This document shows positions 42,333 to 51,760 of a DNA stretch of 64,000 bases, piece by piece. The position numbers and the translations under genes were made by a program. The notes below the pieces were generated by a model. The model had not been told where the DNA came from, searched no databases, and saw only the letters and a program-made list of their open reading frames with translations. The DNA is from Candidatus Cloacimonadales bacterium (GTDB lineage: Bacteria; Cloacimonadota; Cloacimonadia; G963667145): NCBI GenBank assembly GCA_965228195.1, contig OZ245797.1:452088-516087 (forward strand). Reading direction: 5' to 3'. Numbering within the stretch: the stretch's first letter is position 1; each line of letters begins with the position of its first letter.

Positions 42333-43282
42333 ACCACTCCTGCCTCCAAAAGGGCGTGCATATGCAAGATCCCTTTTAGCTTATTTTGATCTACCACCGG
42401 CAACATCATTATCTTGTTGTCTTCCATAAGCTTCAGCGCTTCCACTGCCAACCAGTCGGCTGGGCAACTCTTGAACTCGGTGGTCATCAACTCACCGGCT
42501 GTCAACTTGGCACAAGCAGCCAGATCGCCTTTTTGCAGATTTCGACGCAAGTCGCCATCGGTGAAAACGCCGACCAGTTTTGAGCTACTGTCCAAGACGG
42601 CAACGCAACCGAGCTTGCCCGAGGTCATCGCCAAGATAGTCTCTGGCAAGGTTGCTCGCAAGCCGACCACCGGTGGAGTCTCACACATCACATCTTCTAC
42701 TTTCAAAAATATCTTCTTACCGATGGTGCCACCGGGGTGAAACTGGGCAAAATCTTCGACCGAGAAGTTCCTTCGCTTGAGTAGAGCCACGGCTATGGCG
42801 TCTCCCAAAGCAAGGATAACGGTGGTGCTAGCCGTCGGCACCAAGCCAAACTGTTCGGTGTGCTGCTCCACCCGGCAATCCAAAACGAAATCTGCCGCCT
42901 TTGCTAAGGCTGAGTCCACCTTACCCGTCAGAGCCACGATCGGCACACCCACAAATTTGAAATAGGGTAACACCGAAAGAAGCTCTTGACTGCCGCCGCT
43001 GTAGGAGATGGCTATCACCACATCGTCTTTGCCCACGATTCCCAAATCTCCGTGCAACCCCTCGGTAGCGTGCAAAAAGACCGACGCCGTCCCGGTAGAG
43101 GCAAAAGTTGCCGAGATCTTCCGTCCGATGTGTCCTGTCTTACCGATGCCCACCACCACAACTTTGCCCTTGCAATCGAACAAAACATCGATCACCGCCT
43201 CGATGGAGTCGTCTATCCTATCAGCCAGTTGTGTTATGGAGATAGCCTCTTTCTCCAGCTCGCTTTTGATAAAATCTTTCAA
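42329..43282 (-). CDS. kdsD: KpsF/GutQ-family arabinose-5-phosphate isomerase
   Basis: GIGKTGHIG, HGDLG, PTAST, FHPGG plus CBS pair. Confidence 0.92.
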   Translation of the reverse strand: MKDFIKSELEKEAISITQLADRIDDSIEAVIDVLFDCKGKVVVVGIGKTGHIGRKISATFASTGTASVFLHATEGLHGDLGIVGKDDVVIAISYSGGSQELLSVLPYFKFVGVPIVALTGKVDSALAKAADFVLDCRVEQHTEQFGLVPTASTTVILALGDAIAVALLKRRNFSVEDFAQFHPGGTIGKKIFLKVEDVMCETPPVVGLRATLPETILAMTSGKLGCVAVLDSSSKLVGVFTDGDLRRNLQKGDLAACAKLTAGELMTTEFKSCPADWLAVEALKLMEDNKIMMLPVVDQNKLKGILHMHALLEAGVV

Positions 43283-43340
43283 ATAATCCTCAAGTTAATC
43301 TTTACACCAAAATAATCTTTTGTTGGGGACAAAACCTGTC

Positions 43341-45233
43341 TTAAACCAAGACATCTTTTAACTCGTCCAGTTCAAAACTCCCGATATCGCCTTGAGTATG
43401 TTTGCGCAAAGAGACACTACCAGCACTCTGCTCTTTCTCACCACAGATGAGCATATAAGGCACCTTCTGGTTCTCTGCCATCCTGATTTTGTAGCCCACC
43501 CCTTGGTCTTCGCTACTTATCTGCACTCGATAACCTTGCTCCACCAAGAAAGCTTCCACCTTTTGAGCGTAGAGAAGATATTGGTCGGAAATAGGTATAA
43601 TCCGCACCTGCTCTGGTGCTAGCCACATAGGCAAGTTGCCACCATGATACTCCAAGAGCGTCGCAAAAAATCGCTCCAAAGATCCCAACAAAGCTCGGTG
43701 GATCATATAAGGACGATGAGTGGTGTTGTCTTTGCCCACATACTCCATCTTAAAGCGCGTAGGCAGGTTAAAATCGAACTGAATCGTGCTACACTGCCAA
43801 GATCTGCCAAGAGCGTCTTTTATCTTGATATCTATCTTCGGTCCGTAAAAAGCTCCGCCGCCGGCGTCTACCTTGAAGTCGATCTTCAGCTCCTGCAAAG
43901 CTTTTTCCAAGGCTCTCTCCGCCTTTTGCCAATCTTCTGGCTCTCCCACAAACTTCTCTTCCGGCTTGGTGGAAAGGTAGATATCCAACTCTTGAAACCC
44001 GAAAGATTTGAGCATAAAGATAGAGAACTCGACCGTCTTCTTCACCTCGTCATCCATCTGCTCTTTGGTGCAGATGATGTGAGCATCGTCTTGGGTAAAA
44101 CCGCGCACCCGCATCAAACCGTGCAAAGTTCCCGCCCTCTCGTAGCGGTAAACATTGCCCATCTCCGCGTAGCGCACCGGCAACTGACGATAACTTTTTT
44201 TGCTGCTGTTGTATATCTCGATGTGGAAAGGACAGTTCATCGGCTTGATGTAGTAGTTTTGCTCGTCGATATTCAGCGGAGCGTACATACTCTCGTCGTA
44301 AAAGCCCAGATGACCTGAGGTCTCCCAAAGCTCGGCTTTGCCGATATGAGGAGTGTTGACCAAGCTGTAGCCGTTCTTCAGGTGCTGCTCTTTCCAGAAG
44401 TTCTCGATGAAGTTTCTGATCAAAGCTCCTTTGGGATGCCAAAGCACCAAGCCAGCACCGATTCTACCCGAAAAAGAGAAAAGGTCTAACTGCTTGCCCA
44501 AAAGGCGATGGTCACGCTTTTTCGCCTCTTCTAAATTTGCCAGATGCTGATTTAGCTCTTTATTTGATGGAAAGCTGATGCCGTAGATCCTTTTGAGCAT
44601 CTTGTTGCGCTCATCACCGCGCCAATAAGCTCCCGAGGTTTTCAGTAGCTTGATCGCCTTGATGCCGCCCGTGTCGGGCAAGTGCGGACCTCGGCACAGA
44701 TCGGTGAAATCGCCTTGCGAATAGATCGAGATGACTTGGTCATCACCGATGGCGTCCAAAAGCTCAACCTTGTATTTCTCGTCTTGCTTTTGAAAAAATT
44801 GCAAAGCTTCGTGCCGAGAAACCACCTTTCTTTGATAGACGAACTTCTTCTTGGAAAGCTCTTTCATCTTCTGCGTGATCTGCTCCAGCTCTGACTCGGT
44901 GAAAGATTCCTCCCGCTCGAAGTCGTAGTAAAAACCGTTTTCGATCGAAGGACCTATTGCCACCTTCACCTCAGGAAACAGCTCTTTCACCGCTTGCGCC
45001 AAAAGGTGCGCCGTGGAGTGCCAATAAACATCTTTACCCTCGGGGGAGTCGAACTTCACCAGCTCCAGACTACAATCTGCTTGCAAAGGCTCACCTGCCC
45101 CCACAAGCTCTCCATCAACTTTGGCAGCCACCACCGACCTTGCCAAACCGCCAGAAATGCTGGCAGCTACTTGCAAAGGGGTGGTGTTTTTTTCAAACTC
45201 TTTTTGCGCTCCATCGGGAAAAGTTATCAGCAT
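43341..45233 (-). CDS. thrS: Threonine--tRNA ligase
   Basis: TGS domain, HSTAH, DLCRGPH, RDHR, KPMNCP, FYGPKID. Confidence 0.98.
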   Translation of the reverse strand: MLITFPDGAQKEFEKNTTPLQVAASISGGLARSVVAAKVDGELVGAGEPLQADCSLELVKFDSPEGKDVYWHSTAHLLAQAVKELFPEVKVAIGPSIENGFYYDFEREESFTESELEQITQKMKELSKKKFVYQRKVVSRHEALQFFQKQDEKYKVELLDAIGDDQVISIYSQGDFTDLCRGPHLPDTGGIKAIKLLKTSGAYWRGDERNKMLKRIYGISFPSNKELNQHLANLEEAKKRDHRLLGKQLDLFSFSGRIGAGLVLWHPKGALIRNFIENFWKEQHLKNGYSLVNTPHIGKAELWETSGHLGFYDESMYAPLNIDEQNYYIKPMNCPFHIEIYNSSKKSYRQLPVRYAEMGNVYRYERAGTLHGLMRVRGFTQDDAHIICTKEQMDDEVKKTVEFSIFMLKSFGFQELDIYLSTKPEEKFVGEPEDWQKAERALEKALQELKIDFKVDAGGGAFYGPKIDIKIKDALGRSWQCSTIQFDFNLPTRFKMEYVGKDNTTHRPYMIHRALLGSLERFFATLLEYHGGNLPMWLAPEQVRIIPISDQYLLYAQKVEAFLVEQGYRVQISSEDQGVGYKIRMAENQKVPYMLICGEKEQSAGSVSLRKHTQGDIGSFELDELKDVLV

Positions 45234-45253
45234 CTTCGCCTCTCTCTTATTTT

Positions 45254-45475
45254 TTAGGCTTCGCTTTTTGGTTGCTCGGCAGCAGCTTCTACCGGAGCCT
45301 CTTTCTCTGCCTGGGCAAACTTCTTGTGACGACAGTTCTTACAAACTTTCAGTGTCTCTTCACCTTTTTTTACTTCGTAAACCAGTTTGATTGCGGTTCT
45401 GCCACACAAAGGACATTTACCTCTGCCTCTACCGGGAACTTCTCTCAGGCCTGCGCCTCTATTATTTTTTGACAT
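45254..45475 (-). CDS. Small basic Zn-ribbon protein
   Basis: AAGGAG RBS; MSKNNRG...RGRGKCPLC...VCKNC; Ala/Glu-rich tail. Confidence 0.75.
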   Translation of the reverse strand: MSKNNRGAGLREVPGRGRGKCPLCGRTAIKLVYEVKKGEETLKVCKNCRHKKFAQAEKEAPVEAAAEQPKSEA

Positions 45476-45625
45476 TGCTATTCTCCTTATATACAATAAA
45501 TTATAGTTTTATTTGAATTTTAATTTTTTTTCATTTTTTATGCTAAATCGCCAAAATAGAATATGATAAAATAAATCTCTACCACAAAGGAAGTTAGTCA
45601 AGAGTTTTTTGACAAAATTTGTTCA

Positions 45626-46492
45626 TCAATACCCAAACTCGGTCAAAGCGTTTTTCTTTTTCTTCCAATCGGTCTTTATTTTCACCCAAAGATTAAGCTT
45701 TACTCTCCTGCCCTCTAGGCGATAAATCTGGGATTGAGCAGCTTTGCGAATCTTAGCGAGTCCACTGCCTTTAGTGCCGATCAAGATTATCTTTTGCGAT
45801 TTGCGCTCGACCCAGATGTTGGCAAAAATCTCCACCTTGTTACTCTGCTCCACATAATTTTCGATGGTGACCGCCGTGGAGTAAGGTATTTCCGCATCGT
45901 AGTTCTTGAAAACTTGCTCTCTTATCAGCTCGGCGGCAATAAAACGCATCGGCATATCGGTGAGATACTCAGGATCGTAAAACAAAACAGAGTGTGGCAG
46001 GTAAGCTCGCATAAGGCTGACCAAAGTTTGATAATCGTCTTGCAAAGCGCTGATTAGCTCCACCTTGGCAAAGGTGTCGGCAGGAATCTCCAGCCCCTTG
46101 ATGTCTTGTTGGTGCAGATCTTTTTTGTTGAAAAGAAGCAGCTTAGGCACTTTATAATTTTCCAGCAAACTCATCATCTGCTTATCGTATTCCGAGGGAA
46201 ATCCTGGCACACAAGAGACGAAGACGATCAAATCAGCTTTTTTGAGTCCGGCGTCTATATACTCCAAGAGTTTGCTTTGCAACTCGTAGCGAGGCTCAAG
46301 GAAGCCTGGAGTGTCCAAGAAGACGATTTGAGTCTCTTGATCGCTGTAGATCCCTTTGACGCTTTGCCTGGTCGTCTGTGGCTTAGCCGAGGTGATGGAA
46401 ATTTTAGAGCCCAAAACTGCGTTCATAAGCGTCGATTTGCCTACATTAGGCTTGCCGACGATAGCTACAAACCCGCTTTTAAAATCACTCAT
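45626..46492 (-). CDS. era: GTPase Era
   Basis: GKPNVGKST, QTTR, DTPG, EIPYS, KH domain. Confidence 0.96.
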   Translation of the reverse strand: MSDFKSGFVAIVGKPNVGKSTLMNAVLGSKISITSAKPQTTRQSVKGIYSDQETQIVFLDTPGFLEPRYELQSKLLEYIDAGLKKADLIVFVSCVPGFPSEYDKQMMSLLENYKVPKLLLFNKKDLHQQDIKGLEIPADTFAKVELISALQDDYQTLVSLMRAYLPHSVLFYDPEYLTDMPMRFIAAELIREQVFKNYDAEIPYSTAVTIENYVEQSNKVEIFANIWVERKSQKIILIGTKGSGLAKIRKAAQSQIYRLEGRRVKLNLWVKIKTDWKKKKNALTEFGY

Positions 46493-48606
46493 TTGACGAT
46501 GTAAATAATTTTGTTGGCATAATTGTCCTTTAAATAGTAAAAAAATCCGACCCCGAGCAAAAGTAGCTCAAAGACAAGGAAAAACAAAGAAACTTTGCCC
46601 GCTACCGTCTCCAAGACGGGAATATACTCTAGGGTTATGTTGTGCAGTCCAGATTTGAGATAAAATCCTTGCAGACACCCGTTTACTTCATAAATCTTCA
46701 AGCCGTCGTCTTGATCGAAGGCGTACCAATCTTGGCTGAAGTTGTTACTAAACACCACAAAAGATGGCGTGTCGGTGAAGATGCGCAAGACGATTTTGTC
46801 TTCGCTATCACTGATAATCTTCAGGCTCGACTTTTGCGGCTTTTGCACCACACTGGGCAAAGGCTTATCTACCAAAGCCAAAGAGAAAGGATCGAAGCCG
46901 GCAGAGTTGATCGTCTTGTAGATCGATGCCGAGTTTTGCAAAACCAGAGCGTTGTCCACGAACCACAACTTGCCGCGGTAGTTCCTGTTCTCATAGACCG
47001 AGATTTTGGTTTGCGGGTCGTAATCGACATAACGCAGCTCGTCCACCTTGATGGGGGCGTCTTTGCGCAAAACATACTTCACTGCCAACATATCCACCAC
47101 ATTCCAGTTGATGGGCAAGTCGCTACTAAGCTCAAACTCTAAGCAGTTTTGGATAAGCTGTCGATAGTTGAAAGGCATAAACTTCGCCGTGCCTCCGATG
47201 GTGGCGTTATTTTTACCAAAGCGGTTGTCCAAAAATAGCCTCTCCAGAGGATAGATGCGATAATCTTGTTTGTCCCGGCTAAAATGTTTGTCTAGCCACT
47301 GGAGCGCGTCTTGTTTATGGCTGGCTGAGTATCGTGTGCGATGGTAACACCCGACTGCAAAAAACATCGAAAAGATTAAAGAAAAAAGCAAGCAGAGGAA
47401 CAAAGAGTGGTTGCTAAAGCTGCGCCTGTAGGAGAGCAGAAGAAAAAAAGCGATAAAGGCAAGCAGTTGAAACAAGATAAACTGCGACTCGAAGGCGCCA
47501 CTACCAAATCGCAAGAAAAGGCTAAGAAACAAAACCACACCCAGCATCAAGAAGATAAGGTAGGTTCTGGCTTTCTCCAGCCAAAAGATTTTTCGCATCT
47601 TGAGAACTTTTTCCAGACCCAAACCGAACAAGACAAACAAGAAGGTTATGCTGATACCACAAGCCAAGAAAGGGTTTTTGACAAGCTGCGCGCCTGGTAA
47701 AAGTTTTAGGAAAAGCGGAGAAAACAAGAAGATAACAAAGAAAGTGATGTAGCGGTAGTTACCCACCGCACCAACGCTGGCAAAAACCAAGATCGCCAAA
47801 AGCGGAAAGATGTTGGTCTTTAGGTGAAAGAAGCTGGCAAAAGAGCTTAAGCTCATCACATAGTCGTTGGTGTAAGTAAGCTCGCCCAAAATTCTGGAAA
47901 AACCAAAAAGAGGTTGAGAGGCTGCCAAAAAAGCCAGCAAAGTGCCAGCCAACACCAACACACAAAACTTGGCATAAGAAAAGATCTGGCGATGGTAAAA
48001 GTATTCCCAAGCGGTAGCCAGCAAAGCCAAAAGCAGAGCAAAAATAGTCAGCCAAAAAGTTTGCGGATCACAAACTCGAAAAAGAGCGGTAAGCCAGATA
48101 GAGAACCAAGCAAACGCCCAAATCGTGTAGTGGTACTTCAGGTAGATGAGCGTAAAGATAAGCCACGGGATGATTGCAAAAAAAGATAACAAAGCAAAAT
48201 CTGGCGAGGCTTGCACATACTGCCAATAAGGAAACACCAACCAAACTCCTGCCGTGGCAAAAGCTATCCAAGTGCTGACACCTTTGACATAGTGCAAGAT
48301 GGAGTAAACCCCGCAAGCACCAAGCCACAGAGCAAAAAAGTGAAAAGAGAAAAGGGAGTCGAAAAAAATATTGTCTTTAAAAAGAGTGGAAAGGAGCATC
48401 GGCATCCCTATGAAGTAGTGGTTGTTGTAAATCTGCCCTAAAGAGCCTTGCCAAAACAAAAGGTGCTGCTGCTTGGCAAAAGAGTCGTTGCCAATACCCA
48501 AAAGGTGCATAAAGAAAAAGTAGAACAACGCCAAAAGTAGCAAAAGCAGTAGCGGTGCCAAGTTTTTCCTAAAGCCTTGTCTGAAGTTTCGCCAAGGGTG
48601 AGTCAC
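46489..48606 (-). CDS. YfhO-like polytopic membrane protein (putative GT-C glycosyltransferase)
   Basis: Many TM segments plus C-terminal MLAVKY...YEN...W.A...VNG..QG pattern. Confidence 0.7.
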   Translation of the reverse strand: MTHPWRNFRQGFRKNLAPLLLLLLLALFYFFFMHLLGIGNDSFAKQQHLLFWQGSLGQIYNNHYFIGMPMLLSTLFKDNIFFDSLFSFHFFALWLGACGVYSILHYVKGVSTWIAFATAGVWLVFPYWQYVQASPDFALLSFFAIIPWLIFTLIYLKYHYTIWAFAWFSIWLTALFRVCDPQTFWLTIFALLLALLATAWEYFYHRQIFSYAKFCVLVLAGTLLAFLAASQPLFGFSRILGELTYTNDYVMSLSSFASFFHLKTNIFPLLAILVFASVGAVGNYRYITFFVIFLFSPLFLKLLPGAQLVKNPFLACGISITFLFVLFGLGLEKVLKMRKIFWLEKARTYLIFLMLGVVLFLSLFLRFGSGAFESQFILFQLLAFIAFFLLLSYRRSFSNHSLFLCLLFSLIFSMFFAVGCYHRTRYSASHKQDALQWLDKHFSRDKQDYRIYPLERLFLDNRFGKNNATIGGTAKFMPFNYRQLIQNCLEFELSSDLPINWNVVDMLAVKYVLRKDAPIKVDELRYVDYDPQTKISVYENRNYRGKLWFVDNALVLQNSASIYKTINSAGFDPFSLALVDKPLPSVVQKPQKSSLKIISDSEDKIVLRIFTDTPSFVVFSNNFSQDWYAFDQDDGLKIYEVNGCLQGFYLKSGLHNITLEYIPVLETVAGKVSLFFLVFELLLLGVGFFYYLKDNYANKIIYIVK

Positions 48607-48782
48607 AAGTTTATCCTTTTGATGATTATCTCCGTTCTGTTTTTTTTCAGTTCAAAAGTCTCGCCGAGAAACTCGAAGTTGCCCTCAGGCTTCTTACCCC
48701 AACTGCGAAGTTGGCGGTAGAGCAAAAATCCTTTGCTTATCTCCTCTAGGGTGACGCAATTCTTGAACTTAATATTTTTCAT
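48603..48782 (-). CDS. Small hypothetical protein (59 aa, not in ORF track)
   Basis: ATG 48782 with purine-rich upstream; TGA overlaps the GTG start of the next gene (GTGA). Confidence 0.65.
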   Translation of the reverse strand: MKNIKFKNCVTLEEISKGFLLYRQLRSWGKKPEGNFEFLGETFELKKNRTEIIIKRINL

Positions 48783-48897
48783 ATCTCTCTTATCGATTGG
48801 TATACTAGATTTTTAGGAAAGGTAAGTTTGTCCATAATAAACAACAAAAAAATTGACACTCTTTCCGTAACACAAATTTTGACAAAAAAAAATAAGT

Positions 48898-48994
48898 AGC
48901 AGGCAACTTAAATAGTGGTTGTGGGGCGAACCATGTCAGGTCCGAAAGGAAGCAGCATTAAACCTTTTCAACTTCGTATTTATGTTTGTCTGCT
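48898..48994 (+). ncRNA. ffs: Signal recognition particle RNA (small bacterial type)
   Basis: TCAGGTCCGAAAGGAAGCAGC helix-8 motif; closing stem AGCAGGCAAC/GTTTGTCTGCT; upstream TTGACA. Confidence 0.93.
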
Positions 48995-49028
48995 CTTTTT
49001 TACTAATTAAACAAAGGTTTTGTCCCAA

Positions 49029-51542
49029 ATGATAAATCATCGACTCCGCCAACTGAAAAACGGCTTCCAAATCGTCGCCTCGAGCTTGCCCTCTTGCCAA
49101 ATCGTTTACCTGGCAGTTTTTGTAAAAACCGGCTCCAACCAAGAGAGCGACGCCCAGAGAGGTTTTGCTCACTTCAGCGAGCATCTGGTATTCAAATCGA
49201 CAAGAAAGTTCCCCCAAAACTCGGTAATGGACGAAGTGTCGCGCCTGGGCGGCTCGGTGAACGCCTTTACCGAATACAACTCCACCTGCTTTTACCTGAT
49301 GTTGCCTTGTCAACACCTAGAGAAGGGTCTGGAGATTTTGAGCCAACTGACCCGTTTTGCCAATTTTGACCAGCAAGAGTTTGCCACCGAAAAAAAAGTG
49401 GTGTTGGAAGAGCTTTATCAATACCAAAACGACCCCGACGAGTGGTTCTTTGAAAACAGCTTGGCACACTTCTTCCAAAGAACTAACTATCGCTACCCGA
49501 TTATCGGCAACGAAGAAAACTTGCAAAAATCGACTCCCGAGCAGTTAAGAGATTTTTATAAACAAAAATACACGCCTAGCAACTGCTTTTTGGTGGCTAC
49601 CGGCGATCTACCGAAAGATTTAAAAGCAAAGGTGGAGAAGTTCTTCGGCGATTGGGAAAGCCAGGCTGCCGACTCCATCAAAAAAACCGAGTCAACCAAG
49701 GCGAAGGAAGAGATCCTTGGTCAACACCAAAGAGGTTGCCACTTCTTCCCCAAAAGCGTCGAGAAGCCGCAGATCAACATCATGTTTAACGCTCCCTGCC
49801 AAAGGCAACCAGAATATCTGCCTTTTACTCTGGCGACCACCATCCTAGCCGAGCATCAAAACTCCATCTTGCAAAAAAGGTTGAAGCAAGAGCTGGGAAT
49901 AATCGACCATCTGTCTTCGTGCGATATAGGACAAGCCACCCCCGGAGCTTTGGTCTTGCAGATTTTTCCTCAGAAAAAGACGAAGACGGTGCTAAGTCAA
50001 ACCAAAAAGATATTGCAAGATTTTGGTCAAAACGGATGCTCCTATAGCCAGTATCAGCAAGCACTGAAAATCTTGGACAACGCTCACCTCTTCGGCTTGG
50101 AAACTTGCGAAGATTTGGGTATTCAACTAGGGCTATCGCACATTGCCGGAGATTTTCGCTTCACGCTGGAGTATTGTCGGCGGCTGAAAAAGGTCTCTTA
50201 TGAGAAGGTGCAGGCGGCGATAAAGAAATATTTTAGCGACTACCAAGTTTACCTTATGGGTAAGGCTCCCATCGACTTGACACCAAACTTAAAAGCGAAG
50301 AAGGTCGCCGTTCCTAGACGAGAGACCTTTTGCTACCAGCTTTTCGACAACTTCAAGATCGTCCTCAAGCCAGAAAAGCAAAAAGGAAGTTGCGGCGTTT
50401 GTTTATCCACCCGCTCATCACAAGGACAAGAGACCCCCACGCAGCTAGGCGTGCAAAGCGTCTGTGCGCATCTTCTGGCTTATGGCAATCGGGAGCAAAA
50501 CTACAGCCAGTTCGTGGACTACTGCCAAGAGAACGGCTTCAAGTTCAACATCAGCACCAATATGGACATCACCTGCCTCGATCTAAAATGCTTTGCCCGC
50601 TCTTTGCCCGAGGCGCTGCAGCTCTTGGCACTAACCTACAGACAGCCCCGCTTTGAGCAGAAACAGTTTGAACTGCTGGTGCAACGCTACCTCTCTAGCC
50701 TACAAAGGGTGCAAGACTACCCTGTGCATAAAGCCGACCAACTTTTCAAACAAAAAATTTTTGGCAAAGAGAACCCTTTCGTCCAAAAGAAAGGAACGAA
50801 GAAAAGTTTGCAACTTCTGAGCCTAAAGCAAATCCAATCTTGGCACCAAGAGAAGTTCTTAACCCAAGATTTCGTGCTGAGCGTGGTGGGAGATTTTGAC
50901 CCTGCCAAGGTGATTTGCCTCTGCCAAAAAGCTTTTGCCGAGTTTGCCCAAAGCTCAGTTAGCAAAAAGAAAAACTTAATCTTCCCCATAAAAAAAGGGC
51001 TAAAAATAGAGAAAAAGCTGACGGAGTCCACCCAAGATATCGTTTTCCTCATCGGCTCCACAGACAACTCTGCCAACACCCAAGAGTCCACCGCTTTTGC
51101 CCTTTTGAGTCAAATAATCGGGGGTAGTATCAGCTCAAGGATGTTCGATGTTTTGCGAGAGAAGATGGGCGTCGCCTACTCTTGCGGCTTCTCACACAAC
51201 AGCTTTTTGGATTTCGGTTACTTCAAGGCGACCACTCTGGCACAAAAAGGCTCTGGCGAAAAGGTGCTAAGATGTATCCAAAAGATCTTAACCGACATCG
51301 CCCAAAACGGTGTTACCCCGAAAGAACTGGAGATGAGCAAAAGTTATCTGAGCAACCTGAAACTTTTTTACGAAGAAGACCCCCAAAACATCGCTTGTAG
51401 CCTAGCACACTTAGAGAGTTTGGGATTCGGTTATCGCCATTTCGAAGAGTATGGCCAACGCATCCAAAAAGCCAGCGCAAAAGATTTGCAAACTGTCGCT
51501 CAAAAATATTTCCAAGATTTCAACTCGGGAATTTATCTTTAA
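49029..51542 (+). CDS. M16 (pitrilysin-family) zinc peptidase, fused two-subunit type
   Basis: AHFSEHLVF inverted HxxEH, NAFT, SSRMF..LRE..G.AY. Confidence 0.9.
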   Translation: MINHRLRQLKNGFQIVASSLPSCQIVYLAVFVKTGSNQESDAQRGFAHFSEHLVFKSTRKFPQNSVMDEVSRLGGSVNAFTEYNSTCFYLMLPCQHLEKGLEILSQLTRFANFDQQEFATEKKVVLEELYQYQNDPDEWFFENSLAHFFQRTNYRYPIIGNEENLQKSTPEQLRDFYKQKYTPSNCFLVATGDLPKDLKAKVEKFFGDWESQAADSIKKTESTKAKEEILGQHQRGCHFFPKSVEKPQINIMFNAPCQRQPEYLPFTLATTILAEHQNSILQKRLKQELGIIDHLSSCDIGQATPGALVLQIFPQKKTKTVLSQTKKILQDFGQNGCSYSQYQQALKILDNAHLFGLETCEDLGIQLGLSHIAGDFRFTLEYCRRLKKVSYEKVQAAIKKYFSDYQVYLMGKAPIDLTPNLKAKKVAVPRRETFCYQLFDNFKIVLKPEKQKGSCGVCLSTRSSQGQETPTQLGVQSVCAHLLAYGNREQNYSQFVDYCQENGFKFNISTNMDITCLDLKCFARSLPEALQLLALTYRQPRFEQKQFELLVQRYLSSLQRVQDYPVHKADQLFKQKIFGKENPFVQKKGTKKSLQLLSLKQIQSWHQEKFLTQDFVLSVVGDFDPAKVICLCQKAFAEFAQSSVSKKKNLIFPIKKGLKIEKKLTESTQDIVFLIGSTDNSANTQESTAFALLSQIIGGSISSRMFDVLREKMGVAYSCGFSHNSFLDFGYFKATTLAQKGSGEKVLRCIQKILTDIAQNGVTPKELEMSKSYLSNLKLFYEEDPQNIACSLAHLESLGFGYRHFEEYGQRIQKASAKDLQTVAQKYFQDFNSGIYL

Positions 51543-51760
51543 GAAACTGCCAGCAAAAAAAAAGTAGCTGCTTTCTTACCCCCAAACTAACGCTTTCTCT
51601 CTGGCGTTGTTAATTTCGTGCCACACACTCTGAAACGCTTTTGTGCTTGACATTAGGGGCTTGTTTACCCATTGTGAGAAAAGCTGCTGGCAAACGCAAA
51701 GGAGTTTGTTGTAACCGCTATCTATTAACTTTTTTTAAAAAAGATGGAGAGTAAAAAAAG

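Noticed and set aside
51700-51740. NrdR boxes upstream of nrdD
   Set aside because: Only a weak partial match (ACCGCTATCTATT) and no tandem pair.
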